Translations under genes and position numbers: made by a program
Notes under the pieces: model-generated
Told to the model about the DNA's origin: nothing
What the model saw: the letters and a program-made list of their open reading frames with translations, nothing else
The model's database searches: none
IMG/VR virus record: IMGVR_UViG_3300022856_000004
Reading direction: 5' to 3' (one strand)
DNA: 64,000 bases
Source of the DNA: an uncultured virus (IMG/VR IMGVR_UViG_3300022856_000004)
Taxonomy: Duplodnaviria; Heunggongvirae; Uroviricota; Caudoviricetes
Shown: in pieces, positions 6,970 to 15,986 of the stretch
How positions within the stretch are numbered: the first letter of the stretch is position 1
Layout of the letters: the number at the start of each line of letters is the position of its first letter

Positions 6970-7108
6970 TTAAATTGTGATTATGAAATCGTTTTATACT
7001 TCTGCTCTACCAACTGAGCTACTAACCGATTATTACGATTAGGTAGGACTCGAACCTACGACCTGAAGTTCCTTAATGTTAGAAGTATGATTTCATATAG
7101 CAATTTAA
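6970..7108 (-). ncRNA. Y-RNA-like unit 1 containing a circularly permuted tRNA domain (YrlA topology)
   Basis: Terminal stem TTAAATTG/CAATTTAA plus a 9-bp inner stem enclose T-arm, loop-closed acceptor stem and D-arm (6998-7069). Confidence 0.8.
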
Positions 7109-7117
7109 GTAAAAAAT

Positions 7118-7179
7118 GTCTGTAATTGAAATTTCGATTAATATCCAAAATTATAGAAGTATGAAATTTCATAGCAGAC
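7118..7179 (-). ncRNA. Y-RNA-like unit 2
   Basis: GTCTG-CTA-TGAAATTTC-ATACTTCTA...C-GAAATTTCA-ATTA-CAGAC. Confidence 0.7.
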
Positions 7180-7200
7180 TTAAATTAATTTTAAAAGAAA

Positions 7201-7268
7201 GGGTTGTAATTATAAAAACGTAGTTTGCGTTTTGTATATTTTAGAAGTATGTTTCTATATAGCAACCC
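7201..7268 (-). ncRNA. Y-RNA-like unit 3
   Basis: GGGTTG-CTA-TATAGAAAC-ATACTTCTA...C-GTTTTTATA-ATTA-CAACCC; G-U wobble only on the minus strand. Confidence 0.7.
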
Positions 7269-7275
7269 ATAGTAT

Positions 7276-7351
7276 TATTTGTAATTGATATTTCGTTTCT
7301 TGTTATATTCATGGTATAGTAGTTTAGAAGTATGAAATATCATAGCAAACA
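7276..7351 (-). ncRNA. Y-RNA-like unit 4
   Basis: TGTTTG-CTA-TGATATTTC-ATACTTCTA...C-GAAATATCA-ATTA-CAAATA. Confidence 0.7.
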
Positions 7352-7383
7352 GTTTAATTTTTATTTTGTGTCAATTCTTAATA

Positions 7384-7415
7384 CAAACTTACGAAAAAGA
7401 AATGACATATCCTAA
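7384..7415 (-). promoter_or_regulatory. Bacteroidota-type promoter driving the RNA array and TROVE-like/TerD gene
   Basis: TTAG-N20-TAAGTTTG, about 30 nt upstream of unit 4. Confidence 0.75.
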
Positions 7416-7424
7416 TTTTATTTT

Positions 7425-8321
7425 TTAGTCAAATAACTTATCTATAATTTTAGCTACATAAGTAGAATTAATATCTTCTTTCTTAGAATCTTGTAATATA
7501 TCTACTAACGCATACATATATGCTTGATCAACACCAGTTAATTGTTCAGTTAAGACATTAATATCAGACATATCTATTTCAGATATTTGCCACATTATTT
7601 TTAATTGTTCTCCAGCAGATATTCTCCAACCACGTTCTAAGAACTTCTTAGTTCTAAATATAGATGCTATTGGATATAAACTACCTTTATATACTAAAGT
7701 CCTCGATAACAAGCATTCTAATGCTTCTGGGTGCAATACCAACGTATCATTATCATAATCATAATAATTCATAGCATGAACAAAATCATAATTACTATGG
7801 ATAGTTTGTGGATCACCATAAAATCTAGTTACTAATTGAATCTTATCTGTTAATGTTATAGCATTACTTGATATGAACACAGGTGCATATTTACCATTTT
7901 CATCTGTAACAAAATCACCGAAATCATCAGAATCTGTTTCATTTGTTACGATACCCTTACCACCTCTTGCTTCAATATAAACTCTATCTTCATCTACACC
8001 TTTAATATTACAAATAGACTTTTCAATTACATTCATAGGAACTTCATCTAATTTATTAGATACTCTAATACTATTTAATTTATTAATGTAATATTTAGCT
8101 ACTTGTATATTGCAATCTTTAGTTTTAAAATATATATCATAATCATTTACTGGATCACCTAATAACATAGATGCTATAGAGCCACCAGTTACGATTGTAT
8201 TTTTTCTACATAATTTTTGTATATTCTCATCATCTATACTATCTATCCAATTAGATACTTTTTTATTTAGTTCCTTTCTGATACCTGATTTCTTTCTACC
8301 ATATTTAATATCTACACTCAT
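7425..8321 (-). CDS. Pol-beta-superfamily nucleotidyltransferase-like protein
   Basis: IVTGGSIAS...NDYDIYF (GG/S..DxD signature), SxNAITL, YDFVH, RxxKFxxRGW. Confidence 0.7.
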   Translation of the reverse strand: MSVDIKYGRKKSGIRKELNKKVSNWIDSIDDENIQKLCRKNTIVTGGSIASMLLGDPVNDYDIYFKTKDCNIQVAKYYINKLNSIRVSNKLDEVPMNVIEKSICNIKGVDEDRVYIEARGGKGIVTNETDSDDFGDFVTDENGKYAPVFISSNAITLTDKIQLVTRFYGDPQTIHSNYDFVHAMNYYDYDNDTLVLHPEALECLLSRTLVYKGSLYPIASIFRTKKFLERGWRISAGEQLKIMWQISEIDMSDINVLTEQLTGVDQAYMYALVDILQDSKKEDINSTYVAKIIDKLFD

Positions 8322-8381
8322 TATATTTACTCTTTTTGTTAATGTTAAAACTTAATTACTTTCTTTCTGAAAGATAATTTA

Positions 8382-8413
8382 CAAACTTACGGAATTATTT
8401 ATTAACTTCCAAA
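8382..8413 (-). promoter_or_regulatory. Bacteroidota-type promoter
   Basis: TTTG-N20-TAAGTTTG. Confidence 0.75.
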
Positions 8414-8415
8414 TT

Positions 8416-8667
8416 TTATTTTTTGTTAGGTCGATTATCTATTATAGTACCATCATTACGTTCATAATAAATTTCATTACCATTAAAATCAAATTCTTTT
8501 TTTGCCCATTCACCGTAACTATTTCAATATAAATACAGTCACCTTTAGAATCATATTTATACATTTGCCAATTTTCATTAATATCTTTATGATAAATTAC
8601 ACGATTGTTAAAATCTCGTACTCTTATAGTATAACCATCTGAATTATTTTAAGTTCTTTAGCTTCAT
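8416..8667 (-). pseudogene. frameshifted member of the 23-aa-repeat family
   Basis: Pieces MKLKNL / DGYTIRVRDFNNRVIYHKD...YDSKGDCIYIE / NSYGEWAKKEFDFNGNEIYYERNDGTIIDNRPNKK* are separated by frameshifts at A-runs. Confidence 0.6.
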
Positions 8668-9187
8668 TTATAATATTATTAATTAACAAATGCATTTCAG
8701 TCTCACTAAACACACGATTGAGTTCAGCAGTAACCCTATCTATATCTTTTCTTTTATGTTCTACCCAGAATTCGTAGATGTCCTCTTTGAAGTTCTCATA
8801 TTCACTTGATGATATAACATTATCTACCATCAGTTCCATATCAAGATAACTTAATATAGCACATAGACTGGAATCGTACTTATGTTTAATCTTATTTAAT
8901 TCCTTTAGTGTATCATTCTCATCAAATACCAATTCTAACATATTAAATGATAATCTAGATTTATTAATAATATCTTCAAATATAGATTTAGATATTACTG
9001 GATCCATACTCGGATTTAACATTGTAATCGTACATTCAATTAATTTATTTAGTAATAACGAATTACATCTAACGTAATACAAAACATTAAGACGTTTGGA
9101 TTCTTTTTTTTGTTTCTTAGTTGGTTCTGGTGTATTTCTACAACCACAATTATCATCCTTTTCACCATAATATGAATAGCATGGCAT
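8624..9187 (-). CDS. hypothetical protein
   Basis: 187-aa ORF in operon context. Confidence 0.7.
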   Translation of the reverse strand: MPCYSYYGEKDDNCGCRNTPEPTKKQKKESKRLNVLYYVRCNSLLLNKLIECTITMLNPSMDPVISKSIFEDIINKSRLSFNMLELVFDENDTLKELNKIKHKYDSSLCAILSYLDMELMVDNVISSSEYENFKEDIYEFWVEHKRKDIDRVTAELNRVFSETEMHLLINNIINEAKELKIIQMVIL

Positions 9188-9190
9188 ATT

Positions 9191-9397
9191 TCACTCCTTA
9201 ATTAATTTCCATTTTACATAATTATAAAAAATACGTATATAACTAAATTCATTCCCATAACGCCTATAATAATCTTCGTTTATAGGTTGGAAACTATTAT
9301 AAAAATTATAAGCAAATTTCATATTCACTGTTTGTGGTGGATATAAATCTACCTCTATATGATCATCTCTGAAGTATATAAAGTCATGCTCATCCAT
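9191..9397 (-). CDS. hypothetical protein, paralog of 9390-9605
   Basis: Shared MDE start and YxRIxxxYVKWKLI C-terminus. Confidence 0.65.
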   Translation of the reverse strand: MDEHDFIYFRDDHIEVDLYPPQTVNMKFAYNFYNSFQPINEDYYRRYGNEFSYIRIFYNYVKWKLIKE

Positions 9398-9605
9398 TAA
9401 TTAATTTCCATTTTACGTATGATTCGTATATTCTATTATATTCAATCTGATAGCCATAGATGGAATATGGAACTCTATGATCACCAGTCACCAAAAAATT
9501 ATAAAACATTATAACTATAGTTCTGTTTGATCTCGGTTCTTGTATTGAATGTATATAAATATAATCCACAACAAAAGCGATGTGTGTGACTACTGGTTCA
9601 TCCAT
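9390..9605 (-). CDS. hypothetical protein, paralog of 9191-9397
   Basis: Shared MDE start and YxRIxxxYVKWKLI C-terminus. Confidence 0.65.
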   Translation of the reverse strand: MDEPVVTHIAFVVDYIYIHSIQEPRSNRTIVIMFYNFLVTGDHRVPYSIYGYQIEYNRIYESYVKWKLING

Positions 9606-10267
9606 TCATATAACCTATATGTAGTATAAACATCTTTCTCACAATACTCATATATAAGCTCTATATCACCACCAGATTTGATAAATGGTACTAAATTACC
9701 ACCATTGACTATATCGGTCTTAGGTGTGTCTATATTAGCCTCATAACACGCTTGTTCTAATGATGGTGTTATAACACCACCGAAGTTAGAAGTAAATGTT
9801 AATTTTTGCTTAGTATCATATATATAATGTAAATTCCATGGTTTTTTACCTACTACGTGTAGATATTTAGGTAAATTCTTATATGGAATCCCATTTACCA
9901 TAGCACGTCTAATTATAAATGGTAAATCAAATTGTAGTATGTTATGACCTACTATAAAATCTATATAGTTCTCTAGTAATTCATTGAACTGTCCTATTAT
10001 TTCGGACTCTTCACCTTTTAATGTTCCAGTGTGTAATTCCCCATCATTATCATATATAAATGATATACATAATATCTTTGCAAATGTAGGATATAATGAC
10101 GAAGAACTATCCCATAATAGATCGTATCTATTTAATTCATCTTCGTATTCTGGCTTTTTATTTAATTTGTAATTACAAAACCGTTCCCATATAGGTATTA
10201 ATAGTTCATCTTCTTTGTAAGAATCATATATTGGATATGTTTCTATATCAAAATATAAATTGTTCAT
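9590..10267 (-). CDS. DnaQ-like (DEDDy) 3'-5' exonuclease
   Basis: ExoI FDIET, ExoII GHNIxxFDLPFI, ExoIII YCEKDV. Confidence 0.85.
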   Translation of the reverse strand: MNNLYFDIETYPIYDSYKEDELLIPIWERFCNYKLNKKPEYEDELNRYDLLWDSSSSLYPTFAKILCISFIYDNDGELHTGTLKGEESEIIGQFNELLENYIDFIVGHNILQFDLPFIIRRAMVNGIPYKNLPKYLHVVGKKPWNLHYIYDTKQKLTFTSNFGGVITPSLEQACYEANIDTPKTDIVNGGNLVPFIKSGGDIELIYEYCEKDVYTTYRLYEWMNQ

Positions 10268-10292
10268 TGTTTCCTCTGTATTAAAATAATTA

Positions 10293-10324
10293 CAAACTTA
10301 CGAAAATAAATCGATATAAACAAA
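10293..10324 (-). promoter_or_regulatory. Bacteroidota-type promoter
   Basis: TTTG-N20-TAAGTTTG; near-duplicate of 10716-10747. Confidence 0.8.
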
Positions 10325-10326
10325 TT

Positions 10327-10710
10327 TTATTTTTTGTTAGGTCTTTCGTCAAATATAGTTCCATCACTACTTTCAAAATAAATTCCTATATTATTAGAAT
10401 TATATTCTTGTTTTACCCAATATCCATCATCAGTTTCCCAATAAACTCGATTGTTATTAGAATCAAATTCCTTTTTTGACCAATATCCATCACTATTTTC
10501 ATAATAAATTTCATTATTATTAGAATCAAATTCGCTTTTTACCCAAAATCCATTACTATCTTCATAATAAATTCTATTGTTATTAGAATCAAATTCGCTT
10601 TTTACCCAAAATCCATTACTATCTTCATAATAAATTTTATTATTATTATTAGAATGGAATATTTGAATAATAGATGTGATTTCATCAATATATAATTTTT
10701 TAAGTATCAT
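10327..10710 (-). CDS. 23-aa-repeat family protein (start revised to MILKKLY at 10710)
   Basis: Repeats of YYEDSNGFWVKSEFDSNNNRI; the upstream ATG in the ORF track lies inside the promoter. Confidence 0.8.
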   Translation of the reverse strand: MILKKLYIDEITSIIQIFHSNNNNKIYYEDSNGFWVKSEFDSNNNRIYYEDSNGFWVKSEFDSNNNEIYYENSDGYWSKKEFDSNNNRVYWETDDGYWVKQEYNSNNIGIYFESSDGTIFDERPNKK

Positions 10711-10715
10711 AATTA

Positions 10716-10747
10716 CAAATTTACGAAAATAAATCGATATAAACAAA
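10716..10747 (-). promoter_or_regulatory. Bacteroidota-type promoter
   Basis: TTTG-N20-TAAATTTG, only 5 nt before the ATG. Confidence 0.7.
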
Positions 10748-10754
10748 TTTTATT

Positions 10755-11135
10755 TTAGATAGGAGTGTTACGTGGGTAAAATGTTACATTACCATCATTC
10801 GTGTTCACTGTTGTACCACTAGAATTGATTGATACTATATAACCATCTTTAGTTACATAACCACAAATATCATATGTTTTTGGATCATATATAGTATCTT
10901 TATATGGCCATATCCCAAGTAACCTTAGATCTTCTGGGTTATCAGTGATTACACCACTACGCATTGAATCTACTACTGCATCTTGAAGTGCTTCATTAAC
11001 ACCAGAACATATAATTACATTACTCATATCAAAGTTATGTTCTTGACAGAATGCGATTATACTATTTAAGTTGTAATCTGATTGTAATTTGAATTTTACT
11101 TTTTCGTTATTTGATTCATATTCTACGCTTATCAT
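10755..11135 (-). CDS. hypothetical protein
   Basis: 126-aa ORF, ATGA-coupled. Confidence 0.7.
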   Translation of the reverse strand: MISVEYESNNEKVKFKLQSDYNLNSIIAFCQEHNFDMSNVIICSGVNEALQDAVVDSMRSGVITDNPEDLRLLGIWPYKDTIYDPKTYDICGYVTKDGYIVSINSSGTTVNTNDGNVTFYPRNTPI

Positions 11136-11317
11136 ATATCACCATTTAGTTTTGTAAATAATATTATTTGGTTGGTTTCTTCATCTATATTAAGTCTTGA
11201 TATATTTTTATCTTCTCTTGAATTATCATTATTAATTTCCGATGATACTACATCATAAGTATCATAATAGTTATCTGGTAAGTCATTTAGCCATTGTTTT
11301 AGTTCAGTTAACGTCAT
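11132..11317 (-). CDS. hypothetical protein
   Basis: 61-aa ORF, MTLxELKxWLxxLPD start typical of small phage proteins. Confidence 0.65.
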   Translation of the reverse strand: MTLTELKQWLNDLPDNYYDTYDVVSSEINNDNSREDKNISRLNIDEETNQIILFTKLNGDI

Positions 11318-12507
11318 TACTTCCTTATTATTAGTTCTTTGTTATAATCAGTCATAGACTTTATATCTAATTTTAGATTGCCAATTATAGATTCACCTAT
11401 AACACCAGAATCTTGTATTATTGCACTTAACATAGTTATATAACTATAATCTTCTTTTGTGAATGTTCCTACGTCTATAGTTATATTAATATCTGATGTT
11501 TCTGTCGTGTTAAACTTAGCATTTAGATCAAAATCTGTTTCTAATTGACGTTTGTTTATATACTCATTAACTATGTTATTATCTACATTTATATAATCAA
11601 ACCAAGGTTCCAATAAATGTAAATAATCTTGTATTTGTGTATCATTCATTAAATTCAGATTGTTAATATTCAATAACTTTCTATAACGTGGATATATTAT
11701 AGGTTTCATATATTCGTCATGAGTTACCATTCTACTCCACTTACGAATGAAATTCCTAGTTGATTTTTGATTTTGCTTTAGCCATTCATCACTTTCGGTT
11801 CCAACATTTGTTATAGTTGGATTAAATCTACTACCCCTACATGTCATGTGATACACGTATCCATCCCAAGTTTGTATAAACTTAACACCGTTTAATTGGA
11901 ATCTATCGAAAATATCCGAATCCTCTTTACTCTGAGGCTTATATAATGGGTCATGGCCATTTATATTCTGAAAATCTTCCTTGTAAAACGCCCACGGAGC
12001 AAATATACCCTCTGTGACCTTACCTTTATATTCTTTAATTAGTTTAGTGTTGAATTTTAAAAATGATTTTTCATCAAACTCTTCAGTTTCGATACCAAAT
12101 CCATTTAATACCTTTTCTACTCCATCTGGATGTAATGGTGGTTCAATCCGTGTTAATGATACAATAGTACCTTTTTTTATATGTTTCTCAATAGCATCCA
12201 ATGCTTTAGGTGCTAAATACATATCAGCATGAAATATAATGGCTATATCATTAGTTGATACATCATTTACCAGTGTATCATATAAAATGGTATGTCCAAT
12301 TCTATCACCAGACTCATTACGTATAGCTTTGAAATTGGGATCATTAGACATTATCTGTTGACACCATTCCCAAGTACCATCATTAGAATTATCGTCAGCA
12401 ACACATATTTCTACGATATGCTTACCTTGATTTTTTCTAATTGATTCATATGACCATTTTAAATATTTTAAATTATTTCGGCTTGGTTGTATAAACGAAA
12501 TTTCCAT
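11317..12507 (-). CDS. glycosyltransferase family 2
   Basis: ISFIQPSRN, VADDNSNDGT, FHADMY, EDSD. Confidence 0.85.
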   Translation of the reverse strand: MEISFIQPSRNNLKYLKWSYESIRKNQGKHIVEICVADDNSNDGTWEWCQQIMSNDPNFKAIRNESGDRIGHTILYDTLVNDVSTNDIAIIFHADMYLAPKALDAIEKHIKKGTIVSLTRIEPPLHPDGVEKVLNGFGIETEEFDEKSFLKFNTKLIKEYKGKVTEGIFAPWAFYKEDFQNINGHDPLYKPQSKEDSDIFDRFQLNGVKFIQTWDGYVYHMTCRGSRFNPTITNVGTESDEWLKQNQKSTRNFIRKWSRMVTHDEYMKPIIYPRYRKLLNINNLNLMNDTQIQDYLHLLEPWFDYINVDNNIVNEYINKRQLETDFDLNAKFNTTETSDINITIDVGTFTKEDYSYITMLSAIIQDSGVIGESIIGNLKLDIKSMTDYNKELIIRK

Positions 12508-13445
12508 TAACCCAATTCCTTAATTACATTATTAAATTTTTCTAAAAATACACTCTCTTTATAATACTTATTATACAACTCTTTCGTTGTTGTAGAACAT
12601 TCATTATAAAAATCATCATCATCTCTTAATCTAATCGCTAATTCTTTTGCTGATTGTATATCACATAATTCAACTGATGTTTCTGGGTGTAATATTCTCT
12701 GTGTATCTAAATAATCATACCCTATACATGGAATCCCTAAATATGAACAATTTAATGCAAACGTTCCAGCTGCAAATGTTCTCATCATATGAACTCCATA
12801 TTTAACTTTATTGAGTTCATATATCCATTGATTGAATTCCATATAAGGAAGATATTTAACACTATCAAATCTATCTTCATCTGGTGTTTTTCTACCCATT
12901 GATGGTGCAGTTATGTTAGTTGATATATTATTAGCTACCAATAAAGAATCCATACCACTATACCAAGAACACATATTACCACCTATCATCACACCAGACC
13001 GTTCTATAGGTCGTGTTAATAATATATTATCCTCTATCATCAATGATTGCAATGTAAATGCTGGTGTATCATACAATCCTTTGTAATACCTAACATCACT
13101 TTCATTATGACATAATATACCATCAAATTGATTTATAACATTAATATATTCTATCTGGATTGCTAAATTATAATCTTGCCAATAATCATTAGCTCCTTCT
13201 TGCATAAATAATATTTTCTTTGATATAGACCGTAGATATGAAATTACATCTCTACCAAGTATAGTTTCTATACCATTCTTAGGGAATATACATATAACTA
13301 TATCATATATAATATCTGTTTTATAAAAGAATGGAAAATTATCAGTCTTTATAGCTATAGACCAAGCAACATCAGTTCGTATATTATGTGATGTTCTATC
13401 TATTTTCCCAATATAAGATTTTTCGCTTATTATAGCAATATTCAT
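12507..13445 (-). CDS. putative GT-B fold glycosyltransferase
   Basis: C-terminal GTFALNCSYLGIPCIG resembles the GT4 ExxxxGxPxI motif; glycan locus context. Confidence 0.55.
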   Translation of the reverse strand: MNIAIISEKSYIGKIDRTSHNIRTDVAWSIAIKTDNFPFFYKTDIIYDIVICIFPKNGIETILGRDVISYLRSISKKILFMQEGANDYWQDYNLAIQIEYINVINQFDGILCHNESDVRYYKGLYDTPAFTLQSLMIEDNILLTRPIERSGVMIGGNMCSWYSGMDSLLVANNISTNITAPSMGRKTPDEDRFDSVKYLPYMEFNQWIYELNKVKYGVHMMRTFAAGTFALNCSYLGIPCIGYDYLDTQRILHPETSVELCDIQSAKELAIRLRDDDDFYNECSTTTKELYNKYYKESVFLEKFNNVIKELG

Positions 13446-13447
13446 AA

Positions 13448-14419
13448 TTATACCTTGTTATCCCAATAATCAACCATTTCATTAACCATAGATTCAAATG
13501 TATATGTTGTATTCCAATTTAATGTTTTCTTTGCTTTACTGCAATCACCACATAAATAATTTAATTCTTCTGGTCTAATATATTTTTCATTCTGAACCAC
13601 ATAATCTCTATAATCCAATCCAACACGGTTAAATGCTAATTCACATAGATCTCTTACTGAGTGTGCTATTCCAGTTGAAACTACAAAATCATCTGGCACA
13701 TCATGATCTAATATTAATTTCATAGCTCTAACATAATCATAAGAATGACCCCAGTCACGTTTAGAATCTAAGTTGCCTAATTCGAGTTTATCCTGTAGTC
13801 CTTTTTTTATAGATACTGCTGACTTTATTATCTTGTTAGTTACAAAGTTTGAACCTCTACGTGGTGATTCATGATTAAATAAAATTCCATTTGACGCAAA
13901 TAACTTATATGAATTTCTATAATTTCTAACTATTGAGTATGCATATAACTTAGCACATCCATAAGGACTAACTGGTTGCATATGTGTAGTTTCTCTTTGC
14001 ATCATATCATCATCTACTGCATTACCAAACATCTCAGAACTACTAGCTTGGTAGAATTTAGCATTAGGTGCATTAGTTCTATATGCTTCCAATATATTTA
14101 ATACTCCAAGTGCATTTGTTTGAGCTGTGTATTCAGGAACATCAAAACTTATTCTTACATGTGATTGTGCAGCCAAATTAAAAATATAATCTGGTTGTAT
14201 AGTTTTTATTAATCGATTCAATCCATTAACATCACTTAAATCACCATAAGAAACCTCTATATCACCATCTAAATGATCTATTCTATTAATTTGATGTTCT
14301 GGTGTTGAATTTCGTCTTGTTATACCATAAACATCAACCCCATTATCTAATAAATGCTCTGACAGATATGACCCATCCTGTCCTGATATACCTGTTATAA
14401 ACGCTTTTTTCTTAATCAT
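13448..14419 (-). CDS. gmd: GDP-mannose 4,6-dehydratase
   Basis: ITGISGQDGSYL, NLAAQSHV, YQASSSEMFG, SPYGCAK, GILFNHESPRRG, RDWGH. Confidence 0.95.
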   Translation of the reverse strand: MIKKKAFITGISGQDGSYLSEHLLDNGVDVYGITRRNSTPEHQINRIDHLDGDIEVSYGDLSDVNGLNRLIKTIQPDYIFNLAAQSHVRISFDVPEYTAQTNALGVLNILEAYRTNAPNAKFYQASSSEMFGNAVDDDMMQRETTHMQPVSPYGCAKLYAYSIVRNYRNSYKLFASNGILFNHESPRRGSNFVTNKIIKSAVSIKKGLQDKLELGNLDSKRDWGHSYDYVRAMKLILDHDVPDDFVVSTGIAHSVRDLCELAFNRVGLDYRDYVVQNEKYIRPEELNYLCGDCSKAKKTLNWNTTYTFESMVNEMVDYWDNKV

Positions 14420-15002
14420 TAAAAATCTCCATTGTTGTTAAATCCACCCAATCAGTATACACCCATTTACGTGGTTCAGTATTTTTAGCATCATTTAATT
14501 TTTCTAATCCCAATTTAGCTGTTTCTGGTGTCATATAATAGTGATAACCAAACACATCAATATTCTGTTCTCTCCATGGTACATTTGGTAATCTACCATC
14601 ATAAGACATTTTCTTTAATGTATTGTAAGATTCGAAGTCATTAGTTAATATAATTCCACCTCTACCAAGACTAAGGTGTTTTTGATATTGGAAACTTATA
14701 CACATATAAGTTCCATCTATATATGAATTTGGTTTCCATAATACAGCAGAATCTATTATGTTATTATCACCCATATAATAATAATCTTCCCATGATTCAT
14801 CTCTCCATTCAAATGGAATACCTAATTTGTTCCCTAGCATTGGAACTGATAGATATGTTCGTTTTGGAACACTAAATATTGATATATTTTTATATCTCAT
14901 ACATAACTCAATACCATGAGTACACGAATCAGTTGCTATTGCATACTTAGATCCAAAGAATTTAGCAATTTCATTTTCAAACTCACTAACTATTTCAAAC
15001 AT
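14412..15002 (-). CDS. DegT/DnrJ/EryC1/StrS-family aminotransferase (short, 196 aa)
   Basis: FExEIAxFFGSKYAIATDSCT, SFQYQKHLxxGRGG PLP-lysine motif. Confidence 0.8.
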   Translation of the reverse strand: MFEIVSEFENEIAKFFGSKYAIATDSCTHGIELCMRYKNISIFSVPKRTYLSVPMLGNKLGIPFEWRDESWEDYYYMGDNNIIDSAVLWKPNSYIDGTYMCISFQYQKHLSLGRGGIILTNDFESYNTLKKMSYDGRLPNVPWREQNIDVFGYHYYMTPETAKLGLEKLNDAKNTEPRKWVYTDWVDLTTMEIFND

Positions 15003-15013
15003 ATAACCCCAAC

Positions 15014-15556
15014 TTATATTTTATTACATTCAATATTTAAACTTATCAATGTTCCATTCGATTTATCCATCTTAGGTATGTATGCCTGTGAATGATCATC
15101 ATAAACCCCATGATCAGTATCACGCCAATCCCAATAATCAATATTAGTAAATCCATTATTAGATAATAATTCCTGTAGTGAATCATAATCATAAGTTGTT
15201 TTGTGGTATATAATATCATCACCCATATCCATTCTGCCATATAAAGGGCCTGTAAATGAATCAAGTTTATAATCACCAGTCATATATAACCTACATATAG
15301 AGTTAAAGTCTGGAACTGCAATTCTCAATATACCATTGGGTTTCAATACACGTTTCCACTCAGATAGAATGTTAATAATTGATGTCCTATCAAAATATTC
15401 TATAACGTGTGATGCATATATCAAATCAACACTATTATCTATGAATTCTAGTTTAGTTATATCATTATAATCCAAATGTGAATAATCACCACCATCAATA
15501 TGAATCCAATCATCACCAAAATCTCTCCACCCACAACCCATATTTATATTAATCAT
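15014..15556 (-). CDS. class I SAM-dependent methyltransferase
   Basis: NMGCG, SVDLIYASHVIEY, WKRVLKPNGxLRIAVPD. Confidence 0.85.
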   Translation of the reverse strand: MININMGCGWRDFGDDWIHIDGGDYSHLDYNDITKLEFIDNSVDLIYASHVIEYFDRTSIINILSEWKRVLKPNGILRIAVPDFNSICRLYMTGDYKLDSFTGPLYGRMDMGDDIIYHKTTYDYDSLQELLSNNGFTNIDYWDWRDTDHGVYDDHSQAYIPKMDKSNGTLISLNIECNKI

Positions 15557-15986
15557 TTATATTATCCTGTATAAATACTTTATCATTATCAACACCAGTA
15601 TATGGACCAGTTTTATATTCTCTAATTAGAGTATCATCCGTCAGTATCTCATATGTATGTCCACCTTGAAATGTAAATGTTGCATCACCCTCACCAATAA
15701 CATAGGTATCTATTAATGAACCATCTGTATCATAAAAGTACGATTTAACTTTACCTCTAACTACACACCAAGATTCTTGTGCTATTACACTCGGTTCCCC
15801 ATCCTTCCATATATGTTGATGTGGTCTATATTTTACATCTTTATCTGGCTTTAAGAATGCACATTGTATAAATTCAGATTCTGGACAAATATCAATCCTG
15901 TTATAATCTGAATTTATATGCATTTCTAAATAATCAACTATATGTAATAATATAGTATCGTCTATACGTGAGTATATTTTAATCAT
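15549..15986 (-). CDS. cupin-fold sugar-modifying protein
   Basis: PHQH...QESW...GGHTY...EYKTGPY. Confidence 0.7.
   Translation of the reverse strand: MIKIYSRIDDTILLHIVDYLEMHINSDYNRIDICPESEFIQCAFLKPDKDVKYRPHQHIWKDGEPSVIAQESWCVVRGKVKSYFYDTDGSLIDTYVIGEGDATFTFQGGHTYEILTDDTLIREYKTGPYTGVDNDKVFIQDNIND

Noticed and set aside
6998..7069. Ordinary tRNA gene
   Set aside because: Arm order is T, acceptor, D; there is no anticodon loop and no free acceptor end.
6970..7351. CRISPR mini-array
   Set aside because: Units conserve pairing rather than sequence, the variable part lies inside each hairpin, lengths are irregular, and no cas operon is present.
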